The translations under genes and the position numbers were made by a program. Under the pieces are notes generated by a model that worked only from the letters and a program-made list of their open reading frames with translations, had not been told where the DNA came from and did no database searches. Of a stretch of DNA of 40,388 nucleotides, positions 10,913 through 22,284 are shown in pieces. Within the stretch, counting starts at the first letter, position 1; each line of letters begins with the position of its first letter. This DNA comes from Bacteroidales bacterium (GTDB lineage Bacteria; Bacteroidota; Bacteroidia; Bacteroidales; UBA7960): the NCBI GenBank assembly GCA_007122505.1, contig SKTQ01000052.1, forward strand, positions 1-40,388. The letters are read 5' to 3'.

Positions 10913-11470
10913 TTACTTGGCAGCTGCTGCTTTACCTGCTTTTCTACGGATTACTTCACCCTTGAACAAGATACCTTTGCCTTTGTAAGGTTCAGGTTTG
11001 CGGAATGAGCGGATTTTGGCAGCCACCTGGCCAATCAACTGCTTATCATGAGATTCCAGAACAATTGTAGGGTTTTTCCCTCTTTCTGTAATGGTATTCA
11101 GCTGCACCTCTTTGGGTATTTCAAAGAAGATAGTGTGCGAGTACCCCAGTGCCAGTTCCAGCAACTGTCCGCTATGAGAAGCCTTATAACCGACCCCGAC
11201 CAATTCCTGTTCTATTTTGTAACCTTCTGAAACACCGACCACCATATTGTTGATCAGTGACCGGTAAAGGCCATGGAGGGCTTTGGATTGTTTCTGATCG
11301 TCAGGTCTCACAACCTTGATCTCATCCCCTTCCACATTGATTTGGATATCGGGATGCACTTGCTGTGATAGTTCGCCTTTTGGTCCTTTTACCGTAACCA
11401 GGTTGTCGTCCGAAACATTAACAGTGACGCCCTTGGCTATATTTACCGGGTTATTTCCTATTCGTGACAT
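10913..11470 (-). CDS. rplF: 50S ribosomal protein L6
   Basis: [19 protein letters not shown]... starting at the ATG at 11470. The track's longer ORF starts at a TTG (11497) that would overlap rpsH. Confidence 0.95.
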   Translation of the reverse strand: MSRIGNNPVNIAKGVTVNVSDDNLVTVKGPKGELSQQVHPDIQINVEGDEIKVVRPDDQKQSKALHGLYRSLINNMVVGVSEGYKIEQELVGVGYKASHSGQLLELALGYSHTIFFEIPKEVQLNTITERGKNPTIVLESHDKQLIGQVAAKIRSFRKPEPYKGKGILFKGEVIRRKAGKAAAAK

Positions 11471-11481
11471 GATACATCTTT

Positions 11482-11880
11482 TTAGCTTACGTAACAAATT
11501 ATTTCTCCGCCAACATTAAGTTGCCGTGCCTCTTTGTCGGTCATGAGTCCTTTTGAGGTGGAGACGATTGCAACTCCAAGTCCGTTCAAAACGCGAGGCA
11601 GTTCTTTGCTGCCCACATAGCGACGCAGGCCCGGCCGGCTAACACGGCTGATATCGTTGATGGCAGGCAGTTTGGTCACAGGATGGTATTTGAGTGCAAT
11701 TTTGATTGTTCTGGGCAGTTTATCGTCCTCAAATTTATAATTGAGGATATATCCCTTGTCAAAGAGTATCTTTGTGATCTCCTTTTTAATACTCGATGCA
11801 GGAACTTCCACAACCCTGTGGTTGGCCTTTACGGCGTTCCTTATTCTTGTCAGAAAATCTGCAATTGGATCGGTTATCAT
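11482..11880 (-). CDS. rpsH: 30S ribosomal protein S8
   Basis: 132 aa; MITDPIADFLTRIRNA...GGEIICYVS. Confidence 0.96.
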   Translation of the reverse strand: MITDPIADFLTRIRNAVKANHRVVEVPASSIKKEITKILFDKGYILNYKFEDDKLPRTIKIALKYHPVTKLPAINDISRVSRPGLRRYVGSKELPRVLNGLGVAIVSTSKGLMTDKEARQLNVGGEIICYVS

Positions 11881-11912
11881 TTTATTCTCAGTAAAAAAGT
11901 TACGTAATATGC

Positions 11913-12182
11913 TTACCAGCTTGCTTTGGTGATTCCGGGGATAAGGCCTTTGTTGGCCATTTCACGGAAGTTAATACGCGATATCCCAAATTGACGCATA
12001 TATCCTTTGGGTCTTCCTGAAAGCTGGCACCTGTTGTGCAGTCTTACCGGTGACGCATTTCTCGGGAGCTTTTGAAGGCCTTCCCAATCACCATTGGCTT
12101 TCAGTTCTTCTCTTTTGGCAGCGTATTTTTTCACAAGCCGGGCCCTTTTGACCTCTCTGGCTTTCATGGATTCTTTTGCCAT
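11913..12182 (-). CDS. rpsN: 30S ribosomal protein S14 (long, non-zinc form)
   Basis: 89 aa; [20 protein letters not shown]...[23 protein letters not shown]...KASW. Confidence 0.95.
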   Translation of the reverse strand: MAKESMKAREVKRARLVKKYAAKREELKANGDWEGLQKLPRNASPVRLHNRCQLSGRPKGYMRQFGISRINFREMANKGLIPGITKASW

Positions 12183-12190
12183 GATATTAT

Positions 12191-12748
12191 CTATTTATTC
12201 TGGTTTCTAAATGGTAATCCAAATTCACGCAGCAATGCGAATGCTTCCCTGTCGGTGTTGGCGGTGGTCACAAAATTGATGTCCATACCGTTGATTTTAT
12301 TCACCTTATCGATATTGATCTCAGGGAATATGATTTGTTCGGGTATACCGAGTGAATAGTTGCCGCGTCCGTCAAATCCCTTTTCATTCACTCCTTTAAA
12401 GTCGCGTATACGGGGGAGTGAGACGGCTACGAGCCTGTCAAGGAATTCATACATCCGTGTTCCCCTCAGTGTAACGCGAACACCTACGGGCATTCCTCTT
12501 CTGAGTTTAAAGTTGGAGATGTCTTTCTTTGATTTGGTGGGCACGGCTTTTTGGCCTGTGACCAGTGACATCTCTTCCACGGCATTATCAATCAGCTTTT
12601 TGTCGGTGATGGCGTCGCCAACACCCTGGTTCAGGCTGATTTTTACCAGTCTGGGCACCTGCATTGGGTTGGAATAACCAAACTCCTTCATGAGGGCAGG
12701 TACTATTTCTTTGGTGTACTTATCCTTAAGTCTTGGTGTGATGCTCAT
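12191..12748 (-). CDS. rplE: 50S ribosomal protein L5
   Basis: 185 aa; [13 protein letters not shown]...[19 protein letters not shown]. Confidence 0.96.
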   Translation of the reverse strand: MSITPRLKDKYTKEIVPALMKEFGYSNPMQVPRLVKISLNQGVGDAITDKKLIDNAVEEMSLVTGQKAVPTKSKKDISNFKLRRGMPVGVRVTLRGTRMYEFLDRLVAVSLPRIRDFKGVNEKGFDGRGNYSLGIPEQIIFPEINIDKVNKINGMDINFVTTANTDREAFALLREFGLPFRNQNK

Positions 12749-12750
12749 TG

Positions 12751-13068
12751 CTAAATTTCCTCCCCTGTCTTTTTGGAATATCTTACCAACCGGTTGTTTT
12801 CGTTTCGTTTTCTTCCGATCCGTGTGGGGTTGCCTTTGGCATCCACCAACATCAGGTTGGAGATATGGATACTGGCTTCTTTTTTTACGATGCCGCCCTG
12901 TGGGTTTGCTGTATTTGGTTTTGTATGCTTGGATGCCATGTTAACACCTTCAACAAAAGCTCTTTGTTTTTTTGCATCCACCCTAAGGACTTTTCCTGTG
13001 GCGCCTTTTTCGTTGCCGGCAATTACCTGGACGGTATCTCCTTTCTTGATATGGAATTTGCGTAACAT
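12751..13068 (-). CDS. rplX: 50S ribosomal protein L24
   Basis: 105 aa; [27 protein letters not shown] (KOW motif). Confidence 0.95.
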   Translation of the reverse strand: MLRKFHIKKGDTVQVIAGNEKGATGKVLRVDAKKQRAFVEGVNMASKHTKPNTANPQGGIVKKEASIHISNLMLVDAKGNPTRIGRKRNENNRLVRYSKKTGEEI

Positions 13069-13080
13069 AAGTATTTTCGA

Positions 13081-13449
13081 TTATAGCACTTCGGGTGCCA
13101 ATGAAACGATTTTCATGAATTGTTTTTCTCTCAATTCGCGGGCTACGGGGCCAAAGATACGTGTGCCACGCATTTCTTCGTTGGCTGTGAGGAGCACAAC
13201 GGCATTGTCATCGAACTTGATATAACTGCCATCGGGTCTTCTAACGTGTTTTTTGGTTCTGACCACCACCGCTTTTGACACCGTACCTTTTTTGATGTTG
13301 CCTGAGGGTAATGCATGTTTAACCGTCACGATAATTTTATCGCCAATGCCTGCATAACGGCGGCGGGTACCTCCGAGCACCCTGATGCAGAGCACTTCTT
13401 TTGCTCCGCTGTTGTCGGCAACTGCCAGTCTGGATTCTTGCTGTATCAT
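13081..13449 (-). CDS. rplN: 50S ribosomal protein L14
   Basis: 122 aa; [27 protein letters not shown]. Confidence 0.97.
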   Translation of the reverse strand: MIQQESRLAVADNSGAKEVLCIRVLGGTRRRYAGIGDKIIVTVKHALPSGNIKKGTVSKAVVVRTKKHVRRPDGSYIKFDDNAVVLLTANEEMRGTRIFGPVARELREKQFMKIVSLAPEVL

Positions 13450-13451
13450 AA

Positions 13452-13709
13452 CTACTTCGCTCTTTCAAGGATTTCAACTAATCTCCAACATTTATTTTTG
13501 CTCAAAGGCCGGGTTTCCATGATGCGAACGGTATCCCCGATGTTACAATCGTTTTTTTCATCATGAGCCATAAAGCGGGATGTTTTTTTGACAAACTTCC
13601 CGTACTTTGGATGACGAACTTTGCGCAGAACCTCCACAACAACAGATTTTTCCATCTTGTTGCTTACCACAACACCTGTTCTTTCTTTTCTGTTCTTTCT
13701 GGTTTCCAT
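13452..13709 (-). CDS. rpsQ: 30S ribosomal protein S17
   Basis: 85 aa; [19 protein letters not shown]...[32 protein letters not shown]. Confidence 0.95.
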   Translation of the reverse strand: METRKNRKERTGVVVSNKMEKSVVVEVLRKVRHPKYGKFVKKTSRFMAHDEKNDCNIGDTVRIMETRPLSKNKCWRLVEILERAK

Positions 13710-13721
13710 TTCAGTAATGCT

Positions 13722-13922
13722 TTATTTCGTTTCTTCTAATTCCCGTTTTTTGAGCTCTGTCAAAATCCGGGCTACAGTTCTGCGATAATACTTGATCCTC
13801 ATTGGATTTTCCAATGGTGATACCGCATGATTCATTTTCAGTTTCTGCAACTGCTTTCTCTCCTCTTCCAGACGTTCTTGGAGTTCGCCGGTTGACATTT
13901 CGTGTATTACACTCTGCTTCAT
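13722..13922 (-). CDS. rpmC: 50S ribosomal protein L29
   Basis: 66 aa; MKQSVIHEMSTGELQERLEEERKQLQKLKMNHAVSPLENPMRIKYYRRTVARILTEL. Confidence 0.94.
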   Translation of the reverse strand: MKQSVIHEMSTGELQERLEEERKQLQKLKMNHAVSPLENPMRIKYYRRTVARILTELKKRELEETK

Positions 13923-14046
13923 CTCTGTGTATTTGTTTGATTTGCAGCTTTCCCGTTACTTCAGCTGATTGAATCTGGCGGGATGCCGGGAAAAACCTGT
14001 TGCTGCTGGTTCTGCCTTGCATTGTTTCTCCCTGCAAAAAGGCTGC

Positions 14047-14054
14047 AAAGTTAC
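14047..14054 (-). promoter_or_regulatory. Candidate internal -7 box (TAACTTTG) in the rplP-rpmC spacer
   Basis: Plus-strand caaagtta is the reverse complement of TAACTTTG. A TTTG (-33-like) sits at 14079-14076, giving a 21-nt spacer. A single motif occurrence could be chance. Confidence 0.35.
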
Positions 14055-14081
14055 AATTTTTTTCCGATACTTGGACAAATA

Positions 14082-14501
14082 TTAATACTCATAATCTCTT
14101 CTTACCACAAATTTTGTAGTAACAGGGAGTTTTTGGGAACCCAGGCGCATCGCCTCCCTGGCTGTTTCCAGCGGCACACCTTCAGCTTCGAAAAGAATCC
14201 GGCCGGGGCAAACCCTTGCAACAAAATACTCGGGAGCACCTTTCCCTTTACCCATACGTACCTCAGCGGGTTTTTTGGTTATGGGTTTATCAGGAAAGAT
14301 CCTTATCCAGAGTTGACCTTCACGCTTCATCCGACGTGTGATAGCCTGACGGGCAGCTTCAATCTGCCGTCCGGTCACCCAGTTGGTATCAAGCGACTTA
14401 ATGCCAAAAGAGCCGAAAGCCAACTCAGCACCACGCTTGGTGTTGCCTTTCATGCGGCCCTTCTGCATTCTCCTGAACTTGGTTTTCTTGGGCTGTAACA
14501 T
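14082..14501 (-). CDS. rplP: 50S ribosomal protein L16
   Basis: 139 aa; [19 protein letters not shown]...[16 protein letters not shown]. Confidence 0.96.
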   Translation of the reverse strand: MLQPKKTKFRRMQKGRMKGNTKRGAELAFGSFGIKSLDTNWVTGRQIEAARQAITRRMKREGQLWIRIFPDKPITKKPAEVRMGKGKGAPEYFVARVCPGRILFEAEGVPLETAREAMRLGSQKLPVTTKFVVRRDYEY

Positions 14502-14542
14502 TATTATTCGGTTTTTCTTGTTTGACTAATTCAGCAAATGCC

Positions 14543-15256
14543 TTATTTCTTTCTTCTTCCTCCGAAGCGACCACCGCCTCCACCTGTCCGGGGCTTTGCC
14601 GGCTCTTCAATAAATGGTGTAAGTTCCGGCTTTCCAAACACTTCTCCTTTACATATCCATACCTTGATCCCGATACGGCCATAAGTAGTATGGGCCTCAA
14701 CAGCTGCGTAATCTATATCGGCTCTGAGTGTATGCAAGGGAATTCTTCCTTCCTTATAGGTTTCATTACGGGCCATTTCGGCACCACCCAACCGACCGCT
14801 TACCATTACCTTGATACCTTCTGCTCCTAAGCGCATGGTTGAAGAAATGGCTGTTTTTACAGCACGACGGAAGGAAATTCGGCCTTCAATCTGCTTGGCC
14901 ACATTATGTGCAACCAAAAAGGCGTCCAGCTCCGGGCGCTTGATCTCACTGATATTGATCTGAATTTCTTTTTTTGTAAGTTTTTTCAGCTCTTCCTTCA
15001 GTTTGTCCACTTCCTGGCCTCCCTTTCCAATAATGATACCGGGGCGGGCCGTGTTGATATTTACGGTAACAAGCTTCAGTGTTCGCTCAATAAAAATTTT
15101 TGACACACCTGCCTTGGCCAAACGTACATAGAGGTACTTTCGGATTTTATCGTCTTCAACCAGTTTGGCTGCATAATTTTTCCCGCCATACCAGTTGGAG
15201 TCCCATCCCCTGATGATACCGAGCCTGAGGCCGATTGGATTAGTTTTTTGTCCCAT
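14543..15256 (-). CDS. rpsC: 30S ribosomal protein S3
   Basis: 237 aa; [25 protein letters not shown] domain, and a Gly/Arg-rich C-terminal tail. Confidence 0.96.
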   Translation of the reverse strand: MGQKTNPIGLRLGIIRGWDSNWYGGKNYAAKLVEDDKIRKYLYVRLAKAGVSKIFIERTLKLVTVNINTARPGIIIGKGGQEVDKLKEELKKLTKKEIQINISEIKRPELDAFLVAHNVAKQIEGRISFRRAVKTAISSTMRLGAEGIKVMVSGRLGGAEMARNETYKEGRIPLHTLRADIDYAAVEAHTTYGRIGIKVWICKGEVFGKPELTPFIEEPAKPRTGGGGGRFGGRRKK

Positions 15257-15267
15257 CTGAGAAATAT

Positions 15268-15681
15268 TTATTCGTTTGTTTCGATTGGATTCTTGCTGTC
15301 AACAAAAAGGGTAACATGATTGGAGCGCTTCCTGATGCGATGCGCTCTTCCCTGCGGTGCAGGGCGCAAACGTTTCAGCATTCTGGCACTGTCAACATAT
15401 ATTTCCTTTACATAGAGGTTGTTGTCTTCTATGCGTTTCCCTTCGTTTTTGTTTTGCCAATTGGCGATGGCTGACAAAAGGAGCTTCTCAAGCCGCAGGG
15501 CTGCTTCCTTTTTTGTATATCGCAAAATGGCGAGGGCCTTGTTCACTTCCTGTCCCCTGATTAGATCCGCCACCAAGCGCATTTTTCTTGGTGAGGTGGG
15601 GCAGTTGCTCAATTTGGCAACATATTGGTTCTTTTTCTCTTCCTTAAGTTGTTCAGCCCTAAGATGCTTTCTTAATCCCAT
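15268..15681 (-). CDS. rplV: 50S ribosomal protein L22
   Basis: 137 aa; [24 protein letters not shown]...[18 protein letters not shown]. Confidence 0.95.
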   Translation of the reverse strand: MGLRKHLRAEQLKEEKKNQYVAKLSNCPTSPRKMRLVADLIRGQEVNKALAILRYTKKEAALRLEKLLLSAIANWQNKNEGKRIEDNNLYVKEIYVDSARMLKRLRPAPQGRAHRIRKRSNHVTLFVDSKNPIETNE

Positions 15682-15692
15682 GACGATGAAGT

Positions 15693-15971
15693 TTATTTTT
15701 TGCCTTTATCTTTTTTTCCTGCATGTCCCCGGAATATCCGTGTGGGTGCAAATTCTCCCAATTTATGGCCCACCATGTTCTCGGTGATATAAACGGGAAT
15801 AAATTTGTTTCCGTTATGAACGGCTATGGTCAGTCCCACAAAATCCGGGGAGATCATGGAGGCCCTTGACCAGGTCTTAATGACAGACTTTTTGGTGCTG
15901 GCAGACATGGCCAGGACTTTTTTCTCCAGTTTGTGGTGAATATAAGGTCCTTTGTTTAATGAACGACTCAT
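15693..15971 (-). CDS. rpsS: 30S ribosomal protein S19
   Basis: 92 aa; [15 protein letters not shown]...[28 protein letters not shown]. Confidence 0.96.
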   Translation of the reverse strand: MSRSLNKGPYIHHKLEKKVLAMSASTKKSVIKTWSRASMISPDFVGLTIAVHNGNKFIPVYITENMVGHKLGEFAPTRIFRGHAGKKDKGKK

Positions 15972-16001
15972 ATGCTTGTTTTTTTTGCTGTTATCTGATG
16001 A

Positions 16002-16826
16002 TTATTTCTTTCTTCTTTCGACGATGAGCCTGTTCGAGGCTTTTTTCCTGTTGCGTGTTCTGTACCCTTTGGCGGGCAAACCTTTGCGGCTGCGCGGGTG
16101 TCCACCTGATGCGCGGCCCTCGCCACCACCCATGGGGTGGTCAACGGGGTTCATGACCACAGGACGGGTTCTCGGGCGGCGTCCCAACCAGCGGGAGCGA
16201 CCTGCCTTACCCGACATTTCATGCATGTGATCAGGATTAGATGCACTACCAATGGTTGCCTTGCAGGTAACCAGTACCATCCGGATTTCTCCGGAAGGGA
16301 GTTTCAGCAGGGCGTACTTGCCTTCACGCGACGTGAGCTGGGCGTAAGTTCCTGCACTGCGCGCCATTTTACCGCCTTGTCCGGGCTGAAGCTCAATATT
16401 GTGAATGACACTTCCCAGGGGAATATCCCTCAAAAACATTGCATTTCCGATATCCGGTGTGGCTTTTTCGCCCGACATGAGCGTTTGTCCCACCTGCAAT
16501 CCTACCGGGGCAATGATGTAACGCTTTTCGCCATCGGCATAATTGAGCAAAGCGATACGAGCCGAACGGTTAGGATCATATTCGATGCTTTTCACAACCG
16601 CCGGAATGCCATCCTTGTTTCTCTTGAAATCGATGATGCGGTATCTTTTTTTGTGACCTCCGCCAACGTAGCGAACTGTCATTTTACCTTCGTTATTTCT
16701 GCCTCCCGATCTCTTCTTACCCCTTAAAAGACTTTTTTCGGGCTTGCTTGCGGTAATATCATCAAATGCGCTGATCACTTTGTTGCGCTGCCCGGGGGTA
16801 GTCGGTTTAAACTTTTTTAAAGCCAT
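16002..16826 (-). CDS. rplB: 50S ribosomal protein L2
   Basis: 274 aa; [15 protein letters not shown]...RSAGTYAQL...[16 protein letters not shown]. Confidence 0.97.
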   Translation of the reverse strand: MALKKFKPTTPGQRNKVISAFDDITASKPEKSLLRGKKRSGGRNNEGKMTVRYVGGGHKKRYRIIDFKRNKDGIPAVVKSIEYDPNRSARIALLNYADGEKRYIIAPVGLQVGQTLMSGEKATPDIGNAMFLRDIPLGSVIHNIELQPGQGGKMARSAGTYAQLTSREGKYALLKLPSGEIRMVLVTCKATIGSASNPDHMHEMSGKAGRSRWLGRRPRTRPVVMNPVDHPMGGGEGRASGGHPRSRKGLPAKGYRTRNRKKASNRLIVERRKK

Positions 16827-16835
16827 GATGAGTCC

Positions 16836-17138
16836 TTATATATTGCTGTAAAAATCAATTGTCTGACCTTCGTTCAATGTTACGATGGCCTTCTTAAAAT
16901 TGTTCTTTCTTCCGGACTGAAAGCCGGTACGGGTGTATCGCATCTGGCGCTTGCCAAGATACACCATAGTATTTACCGAGGCTACCGTTACATCATACAT
17001 CTGTTCAACCGCAACCTTAATTTGCGATTTGGTAGCACGTTTGTCCACGATAAAGCCGTAACGGCTGGGAAACTTTTCAGTAACCGCCGTCATCTTCTCG
17101 GTAATCAGTGGCTTAATGAGTACTTGCATGGTTATCAT
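16836..17138 (-). CDS. rplW: 50S ribosomal protein L23
   Basis: 100 aa; LIKPLITEKM...FIVDKRATKSQIKVAVEQMYDV. The start may be the ATG at 17129. Confidence 0.93.
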   Translation of the reverse strand: MITMQVLIKPLITEKMTAVTEKFPSRYGFIVDKRATKSQIKVAVEQMYDVTVASVNTMVYLGKRQMRYTRTGFQSGRKNNFKKAIVTLNEGQTIDFYSNI

Positions 17139-17183
17139 ATTTTATGGGACCGATCTTTTTCCAATCCCTGTCATCAATGGTTA

Positions 17184-17816
17184 TTACCTTTTCAACAAAA
17201 TGTCTTCAACCTCTTTGATTGCGCCTTCCATCATCAGGATGTGGTCTGCGTGCAGAATCATATACGTGTTGAGTTGTGAAGCTCTTATGGTAAATGCCCT
17301 TGGGACATTTCTGGCAGATAACTGCACCATCCGGTCGCCATCGGGCATCACAAGCAGAGACTTTTTGCCTTCAATTTCAAAATTTCTGAGGATCTCCAAA
17401 TATTTTTTTGTTTTGGGCTCTTCCATTGTGAAATCTTCCAGCACCTTGATCCTTTCTTCTTTGGCTTTGTATGACAAAGCGGATTTGCGCGCCAGGGTTT
17501 TCACTTTTTTATTTATTTTGAAGCTGTAATCCCTGGGTTTGGGGCCAAAAACAACACCACCACCTCTTAGCAACGGAGATTTGATATCACCGATACGGGC
17601 TGCTCCTGTTCCTTTTTGGCGGCGCAACTTCCTGGTACTACCTTTTACCTCATTGCGTTCTTTCGTTTTATGGGTACCCTGACGACGGTTTGCCAAATGA
17701 TGCTTTACAGCAAGGTAAATGACGTGGTCGTTGGGTGTGATTCCAAATATATCGTCGTTTAACGCAACGGTTTTTTCGGTTTTGTTTCCCTCTATGTTAT
17801 AGACTGCTAACTCCAT
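17184..17816 (-). CDS. rplD: 50S ribosomal protein L4
   Basis: 210 aa; [53 protein letters not shown]. Confidence 0.96.
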   Translation of the reverse strand: MELAVYNIEGNKTEKTVALNDDIFGITPNDHVIYLAVKHHLANRRQGTHKTKERNEVKGSTRKLRRQKGTGAARIGDIKSPLLRGGGVVFGPKPRDYSFKINKKVKTLARKSALSYKAKEERIKVLEDFTMEEPKTKKYLEILRNFEIEGKKSLLVMPDGDRMVQLSARNVPRAFTIRASQLNTYMILHADHILMMEGAIKEVEDILLKR

Positions 17817-18436
17817 CTTTCAAGAATTAAATATGATCCATTTGGCCCCGGTACAGAGCCTTTTACAATAACTAAGTTTTTCTCGGGGATCAATTTCATG
17901 ATCTGCAGGTTGATCATTTTTACCCTATTGCCACCTGTACGGCCGCCCATACGCATTCCTTTGAACACCCTGGAGGGCCATGAGGAGGCACCCAGTGATC
18001 CGGGAGCACGTAAGCGGTTGTGCTGGCCGTGGGTAGCCTGACCGACACCGGAAAACCCGTGCCGTTTAACAACTCCCTGAAAACCTTTTCCCTTGCTGAC
18101 ACCAACTACATCAATGAATTCACCTTCGATAAATACATCTGCAGTAAGCACGTCGCCAAACTCTTTTCTTTGGCCGGGTTCAAAACGGGTAAATTCGGCC
18201 AGCACCTTTTTGGGTGTTGTTTTCGCTTTTTTGAAGTGTCCCAACAAAGGTTTGGTGCACAATTTTTCGCGTTTCTCATCAAAACCAAGCTGAATGGCGT
18301 CGTACCCATCCTTCTCTTTGGTAAGTATTTGCGTAACTACGCAGGGACCGGCTTCGATAACCGTGCAGGGAATATTTTTCCCGTCGGCATCAAAAAAGCT
18401 GGTCATTCCAATTTTCTTTCCAATTAATCCTGACAT
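17807..18436 (-). CDS. rplC: 50S ribosomal protein L3
   Basis: [32 protein letters not shown]... from the ATG at 18436. The track's longer ORF begins at a TTG (18454). It overlaps the rplD start by 10 nt. Confidence 0.95.
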   Translation of the reverse strand: MSGLIGKKIGMTSFFDADGKNIPCTVIEAGPCVVTQILTKEKDGYDAIQLGFDEKREKLCTKPLLGHFKKAKTTPKKVLAEFTRFEPGQRKEFGDVLTADVFIEGEFIDVVGVSKGKGFQGVVKRHGFSGVGQATHGQHNRLRAPGSLGASSWPSRVFKGMRMGGRTGGNRVKMINLQIMKLIPEKNLVIVKGSVPGPNGSYLILERWS

Positions 18437-18482
18437 CTCTCGTCGATTTAACAAATATGAGCAATCGTATTCTTTACAATGC

Positions 18483-18788
18483 TTAGACTTTAATCTCTAC
18501 TTCAACACCACTTGGCAGCTCCAGTTTCATGAGGGCGTCAACGGTTTTTGATGAAGAAGAATAAATATCTAAAAGTCTTTTGTATGAGCACAGTTGAAAC
18601 TGTTCCCTTGACTTTTTGTTAACAAAGGGTGACCGCAAAACGGTAAACTTCCTTTTGTGGGTGGGAAGCGGTATCGGACCATTTACCACCGCACCTGTGG
18701 TCTTCACAGTCTTCACGATTTTTTCGGCAGACTTATCTACCAGGTTGTAATCGTATGATTTTAATTTGATTCGAATTTTGTGACTCAC
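18483..18788 (-). CDS. rpsJ: 30S ribosomal protein S10
   Basis: 101 aa; [22 protein letters not shown]...GPIPLPT...[13 protein letters not shown]. Confidence 0.96.
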   Translation of the reverse strand: MSHKIRIKLKSYDYNLVDKSAEKIVKTVKTTGAVVNGPIPLPTHKRKFTVLRSPFVNKKSREQFQLCSYKRLLDIYSSSSKTVDALMKLELPSGVEVEIKV

Positions 18789-18811
18789 GGTTTCCTTAAT
18801 TTTAAAACGGT

Positions 18812-20911
18812 TTATGTTTTTACACCATATAGTTTCTCAATCACCTCATTTGCAATATTGGGCGGGACTTCTTCAAAATGAGAAAACTCCATAGTAGAGA
18901 GTGCCCTGCCCTGGGTAAGCGTCCTCAAAGCAGTTACATAGCCAAACATCTCTGATAGCGGTGTGGTCGCATTGATCACCTGAAGGTTTGTTCTTTGGGA
19001 GATCCCGCTGAGATGACCCCTGCGGCGATTGATGTCGCCAACAACGTCACCAAGGTATTCTTCGGGTGTAACTACTTCCAGTTTCATTACGGGTTCGAGC
19101 AATACCGATTTGGCTTTCCTGCATGCATTTCTGAATGCAATTTTGGCAGCCAGTTCAAAAGACAATGAATCGGAATCGACGCTATGATATGATCCATCCA
19201 GCAAGGTTACTTTCATGCTGTCAACAGGATAACCTGCCAAAACACCATTTTGCATGGCCATTTTGAATCCTTTTTCTATGGATGGTATATATTCTTTGGG
19301 GATGTTACCTCCTTTGACCTGATCAACAAACTGCAGTCCTTCAACGCCTTCATCGGCGGGCCCGATTTCAAAAACGATATCGGCAAATTTTCCTTTACCG
19401 CCGGTTTGTTTTTTATAGATTTCCCGATGCGAAACGGTGTTTGTGATCGCTTCCTTGTATGCCACCTGTGGTGCTCCCTGGTTTGCTTCCACCCTGAATT
19501 CACGCTTAAGCCTGTCGAGCAATATTTCCAGGTGCAGTTCTCCCATACCGCTGATGATGGTCTGACCGCTATCCTCATCTGTTTTAACCTGAAATGTGGG
19601 ATCTTCTTCTGCCAGCTTGGCCAATGCCATATTGAGCCGGTCGAGATCGGCCTGGGTTTTGGGTTCAATGGCTACGCTGATCACAGGCTCGGGGAATGTG
19701 ATAGACTCCAGCAGGACAGGGTGTTTCTCATCGCACAATGAGTCGCCGGTGTGGATATTTTTGAATCCTACGGCTGCGCCAATATCTCCTGCTTCAATGA
19801 GTTTGATTGGGTTTTGTTTGTTGGCGTGCATCTGGAGGATACGGGAGATCCGCTCTTTTTTATTGGTAGATGCATTCAGAATGTAAGATCCTTCCTTTAG
19901 GCTGCCACTGTAAACGCGAAAGAAGCAAAGGCGGCCCACGTATGGGTCGGTAGCAATTTTAAAAGCCAGCGCGGCAAAGGGTTCAGCGGCACTGGCTTTG
20001 CGAATCTCTGTTTTTTCTGTTTTGGGGTTAATGCCTTCAACAGCTTCTATATCGTTGGGCGACGGAAGAAATTTAACAACGGCATCCAAAAGGGCTTGTA
20101 TGCCTTTATTTTTGAATGCCGAGCCGCACAATACGGGTGTGATCTTGCGATCGATGGTTGCTTTGCGAATAATGGCAATCATGTCGTCTTCCCTGATGGA
20201 GTTGGGGTCTTCCATGAATTTTTCCAGCAACTCTTCGCTTTCTTCGGCGCATCCTTCCACAAGGATGGTGCGGTATTTTTCCGTAATCTCCTTTAACTCT
20301 TCGGGGATGGGGACTTCAACAAAGCTCATTCCGAGGGTATGGTCTTCCCATTCATAAGCTTTGTTGGTGATGAGGTCAACCACTCCGCGGAATTCTTCTT
20401 CAAAGCCAATGGGTATTTGCAGGGGTACGGCATTCATGCCGAGGCGTTCCCTGATTTTATCGACCACGGCAAAAAAATCGGCCCCGGCACGATCCATCTT
20501 ATTGATAAAACTGATCCGGGGCACTTTATATTTATCGGCCTGTCTCCATACTGTTTCTGACTGTGGTTCAACACCACCAACGGCACAAAAGAGGGCGATG
20601 GCACCATCAAGTACGCGCAGGCTGCGCTCTACCTCAACGGTAAAATCCACATGCCCCGGCGTATCAATGATATTGATTTTATATTGGTTGTTACGGTAAT
20701 TCCAAAAAGTGGTGGTGGCGGCAGAGGTAATGGTAATGCCACGCTCCTGCTCCTGTACCATCCAGTCCATGGTAGCAGCACCATCGTGGGTTTCTCCCAG
20801 GCGATGGTTTACACCGGTATAAAACAGTATACGCTCGGTAGTTGTAGTTTTACCGGCGTCGATATGTGCCATGATACCGATGTTGCGTGTATATTGCAGA
20901 TCTCTTGCCAC
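18812..20911 (-). CDS. fusA: Elongation factor G
   Basis: 699 aa; [38 protein letters not shown]. Sits between rpsG and rpsJ. Confidence 0.97.
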   Translation of the reverse strand: MARDLQYTRNIGIMAHIDAGKTTTTERILFYTGVNHRLGETHDGAATMDWMVQEQERGITITSAATTTFWNYRNNQYKINIIDTPGHVDFTVEVERSLRVLDGAIALFCAVGGVEPQSETVWRQADKYKVPRISFINKMDRAGADFFAVVDKIRERLGMNAVPLQIPIGFEEEFRGVVDLITNKAYEWEDHTLGMSFVEVPIPEELKEITEKYRTILVEGCAEESEELLEKFMEDPNSIREDDMIAIIRKATIDRKITPVLCGSAFKNKGIQALLDAVVKFLPSPNDIEAVEGINPKTEKTEIRKASAAEPFAALAFKIATDPYVGRLCFFRVYSGSLKEGSYILNASTNKKERISRILQMHANKQNPIKLIEAGDIGAAVGFKNIHTGDSLCDEKHPVLLESITFPEPVISVAIEPKTQADLDRLNMALAKLAEEDPTFQVKTDEDSGQTIISGMGELHLEILLDRLKREFRVEANQGAPQVAYKEAITNTVSHREIYKKQTGGKGKFADIVFEIGPADEGVEGLQFVDQVKGGNIPKEYIPSIEKGFKMAMQNGVLAGYPVDSMKVTLLDGSYHSVDSDSLSFELAAKIAFRNACRKAKSVLLEPVMKLEVVTPEEYLGDVVGDINRRRGHLSGISQRTNLQVINATTPLSEMFGYVTALRTLTQGRALSTMEFSHFEEVPPNIANEVIEKLYGVKT

Positions 20912-20937
20912 TTGATTTTTGATCTATTCAGTTTTTC

Positions 20938-21405
20938 TTAAAATCTGAAATGAGAGAATGCTTTGTTGGCGTCTGCCATACGGTGCATATCCTCTTTTCT
21001 TTTGTAAGCGCCGCCTTCCTCTTTGCTGGCAGCAATAATTTCACCGGCCAGTTTTGCGGCCATTCCTTTTTCGTTGCGCCTGCGTGCAAATGTGATCAGG
21101 TTTTTGATACCAACCGACATTTTCCGGTCAGGTCTGATCTCCGAAGGAATTTGAAAAGTTGCCCCCCCAATTCTCCGGCTGCGCACTTCCACGGAGGGAG
21201 TCACATTGGCCAGGCCCTTTTTGAAAATCTCCAGGCCGTCTTCCTTGGTTTTTTCTGAAATGATGTCGACTGCATCATAAAACATGTTGTATGCAAGGTT
21301 CTTTTTCCCTTGCAGCATCATGTTATTCACAAAGCGGGTAACCAATACATCGTTAAACCTTGGATCAGGCAGCAATACGCGCTTTTTTGGTTTTGACTTT
21401 CTCAT
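20938..21405 (-). CDS. rpsG: 30S ribosomal protein S7
   Basis: 155 aa; [24 protein letters not shown]...[16 protein letters not shown]. Confidence 0.96.
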   Translation of the reverse strand: MRKSKPKKRVLLPDPRFNDVLVTRFVNNMMLQGKKNLAYNMFYDAVDIISEKTKEDGLEIFKKGLANVTPSVEVRSRRIGGATFQIPSEIRPDRKMSVGIKNLITFARRRNEKGMAAKLAGEIIAASKEEGGAYKRKEDMHRMADANKAFSHFRF

Positions 21406-21440
21406 TGTACTGTCAATTATTATTTTTTGTCCGGATCAAA

Positions 21441-21821
21441 TTACTTTTTCTCCTTTGGCCTTTTGGTTCCGTATTTTGAACGGCGTTGTGTACGGCCTTC
21501 CACACCGCTGGTGTCCAAAGCACCGCGAACAATGTGATACCGCACACCCGGCAAGTCTTTTACCCTGCCTCCACGAATCAAAACAATGGAGTGCTCCTGA
21601 AGGTTATGACCCTCTCCCGGAATGTAAGCGTTCACCTCTTTGCCGTTGGTGAGCCTTACCCTTGCTACTTTACGCATAGCCGAATTCGGCTTCTTGGGAG
21701 TGGTGGTATAAACACGAACACAAACACCCCTGCGCTGCGGGCAAGCATCCAATGCCGGTGATTTGCTCTTGTATGTCACCTTTTTACGCCCTTTTCGAAC
21801 CAATTGCTGAATTGTTGGCAT
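21441..21821 (-). CDS. rpsL: 30S ribosomal protein S12
   Basis: 126 aa; [12 protein letters not shown]...[19 protein letters not shown]...[16 protein letters not shown]. Confidence 0.97.
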   Translation of the reverse strand: MPTIQQLVRKGRKKVTYKSKSPALDACPQRRGVCVRVYTTTPKKPNSAMRKVARVRLTNGKEVNAYIPGEGHNLQEHSIVLIRGGRVKDLPGVRYHIVRGALDTSGVEGRTQRRSKYGTKRPKEKK

Positions 21822-21894
21822 ACTTTGATCTCGATTTTAGTAAAAACTTCGTTTTTATTTTGTTAAATCCAATGAATCCCGATTTTTGGGAGTG

Positions 21895-21902
21895 CAAAGG
21901 TA
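21895..21902 (-). promoter_or_regulatory. Proximal -7 box (TACCTTTG) upstream of rpsL
   Basis: Plus-strand caaaggta is the reverse complement of TACCTTTG. It lies about 74 nt upstream of the rpsL ATG. Confidence 0.5.
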
Positions 21903-22003
21903 GAAGTTATTTTTTGAATAACAATAAGCAAAAGCAAATTATTTTTGCTCACCTTGACAACCCAAACATGCAGGAATTGTAAACCTCTTGTTTTTGAGGG
22001 GCA

Positions 22004-22011
22004 CAAAGGTA
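22004..22011 (-). promoter_or_regulatory. Distal -7 box (TACCTTTG) upstream of rpsL
   Basis: A second identical TACCTTTG octamer 109 bp upstream of the first. Both are followed on the minus strand by 6-7 nt and then CAAAAA. Confidence 0.4.
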
Positions 22012-22284
22012 CAATAATTTTATAATTTTTTAACCTGAAAATACCCGTTTTTTTTTCGGAGAATACCCAAGGCCCTTTAATCCGGCAATATGCAGACCCA
22101 TAACAAATGAGAAAAACGAGAATGCTTTATTCAGCGTTCCCAATGGGATTGCCAATATACAAATATCTGTTTTTCAGAGTCCCGGGGTGAACCATGGTGG
22201 GCATTATACCAGGCCTTTTGACAGGCAATAAGTAAGGGCCGGACATCCACAAACGGAGAAAACCCGGTATTGTGAAAAAAACAA

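Noticed and set aside
13711-14037. 108-aa minus-strand ORF that starts in the rplP-rpmC spacer and runs through all of rpmC in another frame
   Set aside because: It overlaps a well-supported L29 gene completely. Its R/N/S/T-rich composition looks like off-frame translation, and only about 33 codons are non-overlapping. I treat the spacer as non-coding (see the rplP-rpmC finding).
16137-16727. Long plus-strand ORFs antisense to ribosomal and secY genes (e.g. 16137-16727, 12773-13225, 8500-8994, 19250-19741, 13983-14498)
   Set aside because: All are embedded in highly conserved minus-strand genes with near-contiguous operon packing. There are no independent start or promoter signals.
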